Positions 24,990 to 37,989 of a stretch of 60,730 nt of DNA are shown one piece after another. The stretch covers positions 77,940,318-78,001,047 of the forward strand of contig NC_057718.1 of NCBI RefSeq assembly GCF_004010195.1. Direction: 5' to 3'. Each line of letters starts with the position of its first letter. The stretch's first letter is position 1. The notes below the pieces were generated by a model. It had not been told where the DNA came from, searched no databases, and saw only the letters and a program-made list of their open reading frames with translations. Origin of the DNA: Chiloscyllium plagiosum (taxonomy: Eukaryota). The position numbers and the translations under genes are program-made.

Positions 24990-26620
24990 AAAGATATTGG
25001 TGCAGAAATAAGGCATTTGGGCCATCGAGTCTGCTCTGCCATTCAGGGAGATCATGGCCGTTCTGATAAATCCATATTCCACTTCCTTGATTCCCTTATT
25101 GATTACAAACTTGTCCATCTCAGCCTTGTATATCTTTAATGATTCAGCCTCCATATTCTTCTGTGGTAAAGAATTCCACAGATTGACTAACCTCAGAAGA
25201 AACACACCATCTCTGTCCTTAATGGATGACCCATTACTCTGAGATTGTCCTCTGAGGTTGAGAGGAAATGACCTCACTCATCCATCCTGTCAAACTTCTT
25301 AAGAATCTTCTGTTTCATTAAGATCTCCTTTCAAAACTCCAATAAATACAAGCACACCGTATTTAACCCCTCCTCAGAAAATCAACCAAGTGAACGCTCT
25401 CTGGACTGTCTCCCATGTTAGAATATCTCTCCTTTGGTAACGTGTCCAAACTTGTTCAGTGTCCTGGGTCTGGTCTGACCAGTTCCTTTGTATATTTTTA
25501 GCAAGACCTCTCTATTTTTAAATTCCATTCCATTGAAATAAAGGTCAGCAATCTGTTTGCCTTCCATATTACCTGTTGGACTTGTGTGCTGGACTTTACT
25601 GATTTATGCACTTAGACCCCAAAACCCCTTGTGCAGAAGCATTCTGTTTTCATTATCCAATTTTTAAAAAAAAACTCCTCTATACACCTTGCCAAAGTGT
25701 GTAATCTCACATTTGCTGGCATTATATTCCATCTAACAAGTTTTTGCCCACAGAATATATTCTGCGTCCGTCTATGGACTATCACATGCAGTCTGTTTCA
25801 TTCAATGAATGTGTGCAGTTTAGATTAGATTAGTTTAGATTACTTAGTGTGGAAACAGGCCCTTCAAGTTACACCGACCCGCCGAAGCACAACCCATCCA
25901 GACCCATTCCCCTATATTTACCCCTTCACCTAACACTACGGGCAATTTAGCATGGCCAATTCACCTAACCTGTACATTTTTGGACTGTGGGAGGAAACCG
26001 GAGCACCCGGAGGAAACCCACGCAGACATGGGGACAATGTGTAAACTCCACACAGTTAGTCGCCTGAGGCAGGAGTTGAACCTGTGTCTCTGACGCTGTG
26101 AGGCAGCAGTGCTAACCACTGTGTCATCGTGCCGCCCATGTCATTCCCACTACTTGTCTTCCTATGCACTTCCCTCATCAAAGTCATTAGTAAATGTTGT
26201 AGATAATTGAGGCCCCCGGCACTGATTCCTGTGGCATGCTGCTAGTTATGTTGCCATCCTGAAAATACTTTGTCAACTGTCTCCTATTAGTTATCTAGTC
26301 CTCTATCAATGCTATTATATCACCCCCAACACCAGAGGCTTGTATCTTACTCAGTAGCCATCTGTGCAGTACCTTCTTGAACATCTTGTTGAAAATCTAA
26401 ATCTATTACATCTGGCTCGCCTTAATCTAGCCTCCTTATCTCTTCGAACTATAATAAGTTTGTCAGGCATGATTATGCGGTCATGAAGCCTTGTGGACTC
26501 TTTCTTGATTTTATCATGTATTTCTAAATGCTGACAGTAGACTCTCATTTTCCCAATGAAAGGTGTTCGGCTATCTGTCCTACTGTTACCTGTTTTTGTC
26601 TCGGTTGCAACTGGTGCTAA
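24990..26620 (-). mobile_element. Decayed CR1 LINE 3' part (interrupted by a SINE)
   Basis: ORF 24987..25277(-) RLVNLWNSLPQ; reversed 3' tail at about 24990-25060. Confidence 0.75.
25819..26137 (-). mobile_element. HE1-type V-SINE
   Basis: Same structure as, and highly similar to, 7194-7497; (TCTAA)n tail. Confidence 0.9.
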
Positions 26621-27634
26621 ACACTGAGGTTATCAAGTAACCTGCCCACTTCTGATCTTGCGCTGATGGGTGCGTCAATGATCTAGTAAGCAATTGTAAG
26701 AAAATTAATCTAACCAGTGGAATAATTAAGGGTGATGTTTTGCTCGAATATTTGAGAAATATGGCACTTTTCTCAAGAATCCCCTTGGAATGCTGTCCGA
26801 TAAAATGCTATTCTATCCTTTCTTACAATGAGGAATCTACGAGTAAACAAAATCTACACTCAGACTTAAAGTTTTGTACATATGGATCATTCAGTTGTGC
26901 TGCAAGCACTCAGGTACACAAAAATAGGAGTTACTAATTTGAAAACAAAAACAGGAGAGGGATCAAGAGCTAAATCCACCATCTTGCTTTGTCGCCTCAA
27001 CTTTCTAACAATTGAGGAGCAAATCTTGATTTAATTAGAGGAAATTTACAAAAAAAGCCAACCATTCTTTATTTCCACAATAAAGATTAAACTGTGGGAG
27101 TGGAGAGGAAACACTTGATCTTTGGCGTACTTGTAAAAGAATCTTGCTACACTATTTAATGAAGATAGAGCTTAACTTAGTCATTGCAAGTTAGTGATCT
27201 TGATGTCATAACTTGTTTTATCATCTCTAATATAAAGCAATGAATAATTAACCTTATTGAGCAATTCAACAGGATACCTCTCTCCCAAATTCATTTAAAA
27301 TGTTTGAACTTCGTAACTTTAGAAATGGCATATGATGGGAAAACATGCTAGACATTTGTTACTTGTAACTTTCATGGTAATTAATGAGTGAATTAGTTGC
27401 CTTTACAGTAATATTTGTTGCTGCAGGGCTATTGATTTAAAAAAAAAACTGATTTACAAAGCCAGCATTTAAATGTCACAACACTAAATCCCTAGAGTCA
27501 AATGAGAACATAGTTTGACATCTAACGTGAAATATAACACTCCTGATGCTGCAGTAGTGCATCAACATTATGCAGATGCATCAGTCAAGGTTAACTGGTT
27601 TCAATGTGGTTTATTGGTCACTTCAATTTCTGTG

Positions 27635-28760
27635 CAGACCCTTCACTCTAACCCGTTTGTGGCGACCAGATATCTGAAATTATTCTAGTCCCATTTGCCA
27701 ATATTTGGCCCATATCCCTCTAAACCCTTCCTATTCATATACTCCTCCAGATACCTTCTAAGTGTACCAGCCTCCTCCACTTCCTCTGGAAGCTCACTCC
27801 ATACACTCACCACCATCGGCTTGAAAAAATTGTCCCTCAGGTCCCTTTTAAATCTTTTCCCGCCTCACCTTAAACCTATGCCCTCTAGTTTTGGGCTCCC
27901 TCATCCTGGGGAAAAAATACCTTGTCTATTTATCCTATCCATGTCCTTCATGATTTTATAAAGTCAGCTTCTCAGCCTCTGACACTCCAGGGAAAATAGC
28001 CCAGCTTTTCACGCTCACATTCTGTAACCATGGTAGTATCTTTGTAAATCTTTTCTGAACCGTTTCAAGTTTCACAACATCCATCTTATAGAAGGGAGAC
28101 CAGAATTGCACGCAGTATTCTAAAAGTGGACTAACAAATGTCCTATTTGGTTGCAATATGACCTCCCAACTCCTCCACTCGATGCATTGATTAATAAAGC
28201 CAAGCTAACGAAACACCGCCTTCATTATCCAATCTACCTGTGACTCTGCTTTCGAGGAACTGTTAACCTGCACTCCAAAGTCTCTTTGTTTGGCAGCACT
28301 TCCCAGGACCTTACCATTAAGTGTATGAGTCCTGCTCTGATTTGCCTTTGCAGGATGCAACACTTCACGTTTGCCTAAATTAAACTCCATCTGCCACTTG
28401 GCGTGTTGACCCTTCTGATCAAGGTCCTGTTGTACTCTGAAATAACCACCTTCGCTGTCCAGTATGTCTCTAATTTTCGTGTCATCTGCAAACTTACTAA
28501 CCATACCTCCTACGTTCACATCCAAATCATTTCTATAAATAATGAAATGCAGTGGATCCAGCACTGATCCTTGTGGCACACCACTAGTCACAGGCCTCCA
28601 GTTTGAAAAGCACCCCTCCACCACTACCTTCTATCTTCTTCCTTCATGCTAGTCTATTTGAATGGCTAGTTCTCCCTGTATTCCATGTGATCTAATCTTG
28701 CTAGCCAGTTTACTATGAGGAATCTTATCCAATACCTTGTCCATCTAGATCATGTTCACC
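27635..28760 (-). mobile_element. CR1 LINE RT and 3' part
   Basis: ORF 28205..28624(-) SGVPQGSVL...SKFADDTK; ORF 27956..28156(-) LEYCVQFWSP. Confidence 0.9.
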
Positions 28761-28779
28761 CCTTATGAACTTAGTGTAT

Positions 28780-29310
28780 GCTGTGCTCTTGGATCCAACC
28801 TTGATTTTGTAATCAAGCCTGCTGACAAGGACATTGCTGTCATCTGACATGCTGATTTCAACATTGCTGAGACTGAGCACCAGCTCTCAAGTATCTCCTG
28901 TCTCTGCTGGACCATGTCCACAATGGTAACTGGTCTCATTTCATCTGTGACCTCCAAACTCCTGCCTTAAAGCTTAATAGTCACCCAACCCCCCACAATA
29001 GGCTTCTACTTCCTCTGTCTCCCCCTCTGTGTGGGTCCCTCTTCCCCCTCTGAGAGTCGCTCCCTCTCCTCCTCTCTGTGGGGCCCCCCCTGCTGCCCCG
29101 CTCTGTGTCTCCATCCCTGTGTCACGCTCCACTTGCGCGTTTACTCTTTGCCCCTCCTGCCTACCCCTTCTATCACATATACCACTTCTTTCCCCAGCTA
29201 CAATCGGTTGTGAAGGACGGCCTGCTTTCCCTCCACAGATGCTGCCAGATGACCCGAGTTATCTCAGCAATTTCTGTTTTTGTTTCTGATTTCCAGCATC
29301 CACAATTTTT
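28780..29310 (+). mobile_element. Decayed, internally deleted Penelope-like element
   Basis: VIKPADK RT N-terminal motif at about 28810; pyrimidine-rich stretch; terminal cacagatgctgccag...gatttccagcatc. Confidence 0.6.
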
Positions 29311-29514
29311 GGGTATTTTGGTAAATCTAAAGCCCCTGATCTAATGGATGAGAATACCACTAGCTGAAACTTGTGAAAATTTAATAACATTCTAACTTAG
29401 CCTGAAGCTTGGGATCAAAACAAACTGCTTGCTTCCTCCTCAAAGGCTGGAAAGCATCTGACTTTGTGAAAATGCATTGCTGGATCTGAATGATGATTTT
29501 TATGACTTTCTTAG

Positions 29515-29710
29515 GATCTGGAATTCCATGGTGTGATGAGATTTTATTTTCAAGACAAAGTAGCTGGGAACTTCGCAACAAAATGCATCAGAGTGTCCAG
29601 CACTGCTACAACACAAGATGTGATAGAGACTCTTGCAGAGAAGTTTCGCCCAGATATGCGTATGCTGTCCTCACCTAGATACTCACTTTACGAAGTGCAT
29701 GTTAGTGGTG
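29515..29710 (+). CDS. AFDN: Afadin coding exon (equivalent to human exon 2), RA1 domain N-part; 196 nt, phase 0 to 1
   Basis: tttcttag|GATCTGGAATTC...AGTGGTG|gtgagt. Translates DLEFHGVMRFYFQDKVAGNFATKCIRVSSTATTQDVIETLAEKFRPDMRMLSSPRYSLYEVHVSG, near-identical to recalled vertebrate afadin. Confidence 0.97.
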
Positions 29711-29869
29711 GTGAGTTTTTGATTCAAGAATTTATTTTTTGATTGTTCCTAAGATGGACAGAACAAGTATTAATACTTGTTTTTGGAGCTTTAAATATGT
29801 ACACTAGATACCGATGTTGCCTTTAATACCACTCTTGTTCTTGTAAAGTTCATTTATAGCAATGACCAA

Positions 29870-30450
29870 CTGGCATACAGTGTCCTTTGTTTCATTAAAA
29901 GAGGTATAGAGGGCAATAAGGAGGTGATGTTGAACTGGTATAAGCCACTTGTCAGACCTCAGCTGAAGTAACTTGCACAGTTTTGTGTGCCACTTGAAAA
30001 AGACATGAATGCATTGGAGAGGTTACAGAATTAATTTACAAGAACAGTTCAAGGTTAGTGAAATTTTGGTTGAGGATAGATTGAAATAGTTGGGTCTGTT
30101 CTCCTCTGAGAGAAGGCGGTTGAGTAGATTTGATTGAAGTTTTCAAAATCATAAGTGGCCTGGGTAGGCTAAATAGGGAGAAGCTATTTCTGCTCAATAA
30201 AGAGACTAGAACAATAAGACATTGATTCAAAGTTATGTGCAAGAGAAGCAAGTGCAGTGAGTAGTTAAGATATGCTATATGTTGCCTGGAAGTTTTTGTG
30301 CAGACAAGTTTACTTGAGGGATGCAAAAGGGCATAGGATGATCATTTGGATAGAAATAGCATGTGAGAGTGCAGGAGAAAACAGGTTGGTGTGAAGTTAC
30401 GCTCGTTTGAAAAGCCATTGGGCACATTATGGGCTGAATGATTACTGTTT
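29870..30450 (+). mobile_element. Old CR1 3' fragment in intron 2
   Basis: LYKxLVRPQL / QFxxP / LERxQ-like sequence and gggctgaatg tail. Confidence 0.65.
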
Positions 30451-31057
30451 GCCCCTTAACAATTCTTCACTGCTGATTTGGATTCACAATTTCAGTTTGC
30501 ACTTGTGGGCATTCTTGCCCAGTACACATGCCACTTTTCAACAAGCGTAATTTATTATGAAGTATAGCTTGTCTTTAAATGCTGCAACAAAAATAAAGGG
30601 GAAATTTGGATTGTGGATGAATATAAAATAATCCGTGTGGTTTTGTTTTCATTTGGATCTCAACAATTAAACAAAGGTTAGACATTTTAAAAATAGATCT
30701 TTCATTCTTATTACTTTGTACAATTTAGTTGATCTAAAATTATTGAGACAAAGAAGTTGGTGAGTTGAAGCAAAATTAATTTTCACAGATCTGGTGAAAG
30801 TGTAGTAATTTGTCTATGCATTGGGATTCTCCTCAACCTATTCACACATGTTGACATTGAAAGTCACTGTTTTCCTATCTTGTCATTTCCAAAATTTTTA
30901 ATCTTCCACACTGTAATGTAATGTAATGTAATCTAATCTAACTCTTATTATAATGCATAAGTTTTTAACCATATAAGTTATGATTACTTGTATGTTTTAT
31001 AATGACTGGCATGTTTAATTTATCGTTTTCTTAAAATAAGTGAATTTTATTTTTTAG

Positions 31058-31173
31058 AGGAACGTAGGCTCGATCAGGATGAAAAGCCTTTGGTTGTACA
31101 ACTAAACTGGAACAAGGATGATAGGGAGGGAAGATTTGTTTTGAAAAATGAAAATGCATTCCTGCCACCAAAG
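31058..31173 (+). CDS. AFDN: Afadin coding exon (exon 3), RA1 C-part; 116 nt, phase 1 to 0
   Basis: ttttttag|AGGAACGT...CCAAAG|gtaaga. Translates (E)ERRLDQDEKPLVVQLNWNKDDREGRFVLKNENAFLPPK; phase continues from the previous exon. Confidence 0.96.
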
Positions 31174-31929
31174 GTAAGATGATTTTTTTTGCTGTACGCT
31201 GTTTAATAAATCTGCACAATTGGTATCAAGTCTCAATAGATCAATGAATTGTGTGTTGAAATGAGTAATAGGTATGAAAAGTTATATATTGAATATTCCT
31301 ATGTTTTCAGGACAATATGGAACAGTAACAGTAAGATTAACTGAGGATTTGATGGTCTTTGCCCATTGGTGTCCTGTACTAGTATGAATACATTTCTAAA
31401 ATCCATGTTTAAAGTATCAAAATGCTGCTATTCTTGTGCAGCTGTACTGTAGCGCATGCTGCCACATTCCATTTGCCAAAACCATGATCTTCAGGAATAG
31501 ACAACATTTCAGAGTCAGCGAGCATCATGTTTCTCCGAGATGTGTCTGGACAATAAAATTATCCAGATAAATGTAGATTAGAGTTGTGGGAGAAAATATG
31601 TTCTTTTTATTTTGTGTAACTAAAAACCATCTCTTATGAGAAATATGCTTTCTCTGGAAAGGATAGTGTTTGAAGTTGATTATTTCAGATGAACCTGTAC
31701 ATTCCAATTTTTCTCTTTTGGATCCAAAATAGATGACCTGGCACTTTACCATATTGATGATTAATTACCATAAATTTTGTCACGCCCATGTTAACATTGT
31801 TTTTGTGCTACATTCTTCCTTCAGTGCTCTTTGTTTTCCTCCCTCATATGTGACTACTAGGTCATTTATAGAGAAATCCTTCTTGAGTTCTGCCATCTTC
31901 ACATACATGCCTTTATTTAAATTAAGCTA

Positions 31930-33960
31930 AGATAAGGCTCAAGAATTGCATAATGGTCAGCCAGAAGTTCCAAGAAGAATATCCATCTCTGCTTCCTCTA
32001 GAGGTACATGCATTACAGATGCTAGTCTTCAGCCAGTTTGATTCTCTCCACTTGCTATCTCTCAAAAATTGGAGGCACTACATACAGCAAAGACTATGGG
32101 CCCTTACCCACGCCAGTTACAGGCTCTGCCCCTACTCCCAGCTCCACACCCACACCGGGTCCCAGTTCCCAGCCCTGCCGAGTTTTCACCATTCCTCCAG
32201 ACCTCCCCCTCACTGAGGATGAACGATCAGTCCTCAGCAAAGGGCTCATCTTCATCCCCCTCCGCCCACGCATCAATGAATTTAATACACGCCGTGACGT
32301 CGAACACTTCTTTCGCCGCCTGCGGGCCTACTTTTACAATCAGGACTCCCGCCCACCTTCCGAGGACCCCTTCGTCCGCCTCCCACACACTCCATGCACC
32401 TGGACACCCCGTGCTGGCCTATTACCCGTCCTTGATCTCTTCATTTCCAATTGCCGCCGGGAGATTAACTGCCTCAACCTGTCTACCCCTCTCCCCCATT
32501 CCAACCTCACAACGCACAGCCCTCCACTCACTCTGCTCCAATCCCGACCTCGCCACCAAGCCAGCGGATAAAGGTGTTGCAGTGGTAGTCTGGCACACTG
32601 ACCTCTACATCGCTGAAGCCAGATGCCAATGCGAAGACACCACCTCCTACCGCCCCCCTCAACCATGACCCCATCACCAAGCCATCACCTCCCAGACCAT
32701 ACAGAACCTCATCACCTTAGGAGATCTCCCACCCACAGCTTCCAACCTCATAGTCCGGGAGCCCCACACTGCCCGGTTCTACCTCCTTCCCAAGATCCAC
32801 AAGCCTGGCCAACCCATTGTCTCAGCATGCTCCTGCTCCACTGAACTCATCTCTACCAACCATCTTCAGCAGCTTCATAATGACTCCACACGCTTGAAAA
32901 ATTAGAAGTATGGACCTTTGTGCAATCAGCAATGTTCAGCACCATTTAGGATTTGGATACAGAAGCAGTCTGTGTCCAAATGCAACAAGACCAGGATAGT
33001 GAGGAGTCATTATGAAGCTGCTGAAGACGGTTGGGCCTAGGACACTCCCTTGAGGAACTTCTGCAGAGCTGTTCTGTCACTGAGATGACTTACCTCCAAC
33101 AACCACAAACATCTTCCTTTGTGTCAGATAGGACTCCAAATTGTGGAGCATTTTCCCTTAATTCCCATTGACTCCAGTTTTGCAAGGGTTCTATATTACC
33201 ATATTCAGTCAAATTAAGCACTGATGCCAAAAGCTGTAACTCTCACCCTCACCTCTGGAATTTAGCTCTTGTATGAAAAGTGGACAGTAATGTGTGCTAC
33301 ATAAATGCCAGTCAATGACCATCTTCAATAAGAGACTGCCCCTTAACATTCAATGGTGTTACCATCACCGATTCCCTCTTTATAAACATCCTGGGGGTTA
33401 CTATTGACCAGAAGGGCAACTGGGCTAGTCATATAAATACAAAGGCTACAAGAGCAGGTCAGAGACTAGGAATACTGTACTGGGTAACTCACCACCTGAC
33501 TTTCCAAAGCCTGTCCACCATCTAAATGCACGAGTCAGGAATGTCATGGAGTACTTGAAGGGTCTGTTTCTATGCTGTACGCGTCTATGATTCTATTCCC
33601 CATTTGCATGGACAAGTGCAGCTCCAACAACACTTACGAAGCTTGATGCCATTCAGGGCAAAGCTGTCCACTTGTTTGGCAGTGCATTCACATGCATTCA
33701 CTCCCTTCACGACTAATGCTCAGTAGCAGAAGTGTGTTCCATCTACAAAATGCACTACAGAAATTCACCAAGAATCTTTAGACACACTTTCCAGATCCCC
33801 GATGATCACCACCATCTCGGTGGACAAGTGCAATAGATACATGGTGATACTGCCAACTTCAAGTTCCCCGGCAATTGCCATTCCTTCAAAATTACTTGGT
33901 CAAAATCCTGGAATCTCTTTCCAAACAGCATCTACCTACAATGTATCACTGGATCAGACT
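31930..33960 (+). mobile_element. Decayed CR1-clade LINE (same family as 13790-15350), interrupted and partly inverted
   Basis: Colinear similarity with the 13790-15350 copy at 31955-32045, 32856-33000 and 33270-33950; 33003-33270 is inverted; a 39-bp CR1 tail is inserted at 33557-33595. Confidence 0.7.
32046..32855 (+). mobile_element. Penelope-like ORF fragment (N-terminal domain and start of RT), inserted in a CR1-clade LINE
   Basis: LPLTEDERSVLSKGLIFIP...FFRRLRAYF; KPADKGVAVVVW; RFYLLPKIHK...PIVS (PLE RT motifs), frameshifted. Confidence 0.88.
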
Positions 33961-33999
33961 TATGATGTTGCAGAAAGAGGTCATTCATTCCATCGTGTC

Positions 34000-35900
34000 T
34001 GCACCAGCTCTATTTTCTCGTACCTTTCTCTTGTCTTTCTCTTCATATTGCTGCACCCCATTGCCATCCAAAATAAAATCCAGTACCCTCTTGAATGTCT
34101 GAATTAAACCTGTCTCATTCATATTTCCATGAAGTGCATTCCATACCCTAACAACTATCTTTTTCTCCCATTACCCTTGCTTTGTTTGTATGTAACTTCA
34201 AGTCTACGCCCTCTTGTTCTTTGTGTTACAAGTAGTAACTACTTCAGCCTTCTTCGGGCTACTCATGGTTTTGATAACCTCAATCCAATCTCGTGTTAGC
34301 TGCATTCTCTCAGTCTGTCCTCATAGCTGAAACCGGTCTAATAAATCATTTCTGCACTTTTTTCAGTGCATTCTATACTGTGTCTAAATGATAATGTGGT
34401 GCCCATATCTCTGCATGGTGCTCCAGCTACGATTTAACAAATAACTTTTACACTTCCTTGCTTTTGTCCTCTATGCTTCCGTTAAAGCTGTGAACACTTT
34501 TATTTACTGCTCTTTCCATCTGTCCTGTCACCTTCAATGATTTATGCACTTATGCACCCAGGCCAGTGCCCCTACACCCCTTTAGAATTGTACATCCTGA
34601 CTTTATACTGTCTTTCAACAAGTGCAAAATGTCACATTCCTTTTCACTCCCATCTCATCTGCCCATCTATCTGCCCACTCCAACTTGTCAACGTTCCTTT
34701 GGAGTTCCACACTGCCCTTTCAGTTTATAATTCTTGCAACCTTTACGTCACCTACACCTTCGAAATTGTCCCCTGCACACCAAGATCCATATGATTAATG
34801 TATATCAGGAAAGGCAAAAGTTCCAATACTAACTCCTGGGGAATTACACTGCAGAGTTTTTTGCAGACTGAAAAATGCTCATTCACCATTATTCTTTTTC
34901 ACTAAGCCTATCTTACATAATGTTTCCACTGTCCTTTTTATACCATAGTCAATATCTTTTCTCAAGTCTGTGTGAAACACTGTATCAAATGCCTCTGGAA
35001 ATCCATGCATATGATATCTTAATCAACCCACCTTTTTCCATGTGATTGCAGATTCTATCCTGAATAATTGTTTACAAAGGTTACTCCGTTACCAAAGTTT
35101 AACTAACTGACTTGAATTGCTGGGAGTAGTTTTGACCTTTTTGAGCAAGGATATAACATTAGCAATTCTCCAGTCTTCTGGCATCTCCTCAGAGTTCAGG
35201 AAAGATTGAAATATAATGGCCAGTGTCTGTTCAGTTTCTGCCCTCACTTCCTTTCCTTCAATTGCTTCAATGTATTCCATCTGGTCCAGGTATCTTATCA
35301 ACTTCTATAGTGTCAACAATCTATCCAAGATTACTTCCTCATTAATTTTGATCCTTTTTAGTGTCCGGGATTATTCTTTTGTCGTCAAGGCCTGGGCAGC
35401 AGTATTCTCTTTCATTGAGACCGATTCAAAGTATTCATTTAATTCCTCAGCCATGTGCTTTGCCACCATATGTAAATCACCTTTTTGGTCTCTAGTAAGC
35501 CCTATTCCTTTCACCACTCATTGTTTATATGCCTATAGCAGACTCCAGGATTTCCCATTGTTAGCTGCTTGTCTTTCTTCATAATTCTTCTTTGCTTTCC
35601 TTATTTGCTTTTTCACCATCCACTTAAACCTTTGTATTCCTGTTGATGTCAATTATATTTTCTGCTTTACATCTGTCATAAGTACACATTTTTCTTTCTC
35701 ATGTTAATTTCTACACTTTGGAATATACCTCATCTGAGGAATAGTGGGCTTGTTTGTTATATCTTTTCCATTCGAGGAAATATACCTCAACTGTGCACAA
35801 ACCATCCACTTTTTAACTTGTTCAATCACTGATCTTCTTGCCAAGCCCTCATTCCAATCAGTCCAGCTCTGCTGTATTCCATCCCCACTGCAGCAGTTCA
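34000..35900 (-). mobile_element. Old decayed CR1 LINE
   Basis: ORF 35089..35301(-) IIFQSFLNSEEMPEDWRIANV; MDFQRxFD-like at about 34990. Confidence 0.7.
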
Positions 35901-36178
35901 AGAATTAAGCTCACCACTGCCTTCTCAACAGCACCCAGGGATAAGGCAATAAATGCTGATCCAGTCAGTGACGCCCATATTCCACAAGTGAATTTGAAAA
36001 ACTAGTTATCAAGAAACAATATATTGCTTTTTTTTTTGAAGAGGATTGTACTTGAAATTTTGCCGTACTTTGCTTTATGGAGTTTTTTTTTTAGTTTTCA
36101 GGGGCTACTTTTTCTTAATTTATTTGTTAGATAATGTAATCACAATAAAAATCTATCTCTATTTATGTTGACATATAG

Positions 36179-36205
36179 GATATTTGGACTCCCCAAATGA
36201 GAATG
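36179..36205 (+). CDS. Candidate 27-nt alternative microexon in AFDN intron 3 (DIWTPQMRM)
   Basis: ctctatttatgttgacatatag|GATATTTGGACTCCCCAAATGAGAATG|gtaaga. Frame-preserving and stop-free in phase 0, in sequence not recognised as repeat. No transcript evidence. Confidence 0.4.
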
Positions 36206-37989
36206 GTAAGAATTCATGAATATCCTTAATTATCAATCCTCTATTACAATTTAAAGCTGCAATGCACAAGGAATACATTAATTTCTGAGTCACAGTATGT
36301 AAATTGATTAAAGACTAGGCATAAGTTAACAACATCATAAAAACAAAGGACACGTACTGCTGTTCACAAAAACCAATCAACCTGAACACTCCTCCTCCAG
36401 ACTAGTGAGGTAACAGCTAATGCATTATGCACAAAGATTGAAGGTTTTAACCACAGTTTTTATCACACCTTTTACTGCATCTCAGTTCAGAATCTCAGAT
36501 TTAAATCTATCATCTGTGATTTCAAATTTTCCTGGCCTTATTTATTCCTTTGCTAATAGATGGTTGTTCTCCTTATTTTACAAACTTTCTGTCATCCCTT
36601 CGCATCTCTACTTGCATCTTGCCTCTTCCTCCTCCTCCTTTGCAACTTCCATCTATCTCCAGGATGGGCAGGTACCCCTCAATCAACCAGATGGATATCC
36701 CAGTGGATAGAACCCCTCATCCCAGCAAAAGCTTGCTTCTGGCATGGCTCCATTTCCTTGACAGTGGGGTTTCCCCAGTGTCTCTCTGGCTGACTTATTT
36801 ACCTGATTCTTTGTTCCTCCAATCACAGGGTGTTCTTGTCCTGCATTTGCTGCTGCCCATGTGCCTCGTGGTATATTGTCTCTTATTCACCTGTTCTATC
36901 TGTTACAGCTAATGATGTATTATACATCCAAGTTATTTTTATTTGAGGTCACTGAAGCTTTATTTTCAACAGGTATTTTATAACTTTCTATTCCTAGAGT
37001 ATTTCTCATTGTTGTGTACTCTGATCCTTGCTCTGTTCCATTCTTGTTCTTACTTTTAGTTATTATTTCTCCTTTGAAATGTCTTTCTCTATTTTATTGG
37101 TTTAAAGTCTTTTCCACTGTTCTGTTCACCCTTTTTCTAAGAGGACTGCACCCAGTCTCATTCAAGTACCATCTAATTCAGCAGTACAACTGTTTCCTAT
37201 CTCTGCATTGGCACCAGTGCACTATGAAATGGGAACATCACCTTTCCATATCATGCTTATAGCCATGCATTTACTTTGCTAACTTGATTATCCCTATCAT
37301 TAGTGTGTAGCTAGAATGAATCAGGTGATTTTGAACTTTTTGAGGTCATGTTTTTTTTTCATTTGTACCTTAGGTTACGAACTTCACTTACTACCATCTT
37401 GTTCCTTGTATTGGGTACAATGATATATTCCTCTCCTTGATATTCTTGACCTTCCGACTGTATCACTTATTTAAATGCTCGTGAAACGCAACTGGAAATT
37501 TGAAAAATATAGGTCTTATTTGCATGATAAAAGATTTTTAAAAATTAAATGCAGAACCATCTTCCGTTACTACTGTTTACTTCCTGTATTAATATTTAAC
37601 ATGACTCATTTTCTTCAGCTTCAGTGCAGGGGAAAGAGATTGTTCAGATACTAGAGATGACTGAAAACTATGCCAGTCTAGTTTTGGCCACATTAATAGG
37701 TGAATCCAGTCACCTAGGAAATTCAAAGTTTCATCAAAGTAGAATTTGTGTGCATAGCACCAGCATATAAATGGGAGCTTGTGATAGAATAAAGTGGCTC
37801 TTAGCTTTAAGACAAATGTTTGAGGTGGAAGGTGAAGGTGAGTTGATTATAATAATGTTGCACTAAGACAGGGGTCACTCTTAAGTGCATTTCAGACTAA
37901 TTGATTTGCATATTTTCATTTTTCTGGTTAATTTCTGAAGGAGTGGGTTGAAAGCTCTGCAATTACCTAAATGCTCATTTGGTTGACAG

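Noticed and set aside
1..29514. AFDN exon 1 or promoter
   Set aside because: No MSxGGRxEERRKLADIIxHWN-like coding sequence or CpG island was seen; probably upstream of the window.
31055..31060. Tandem acceptor at exon 3
   Set aside because: TAG AG is a 2-nt offset; the second AG would frameshift, so it is not a NAGNAG.
36420..37262. Several 77-120 aa ORFs in pyrimidine-rich sequence
   Set aside because: Low-complexity Leu/Ser/Phe-rich translations without a recognisable domain or splice support; likely decayed repeat.
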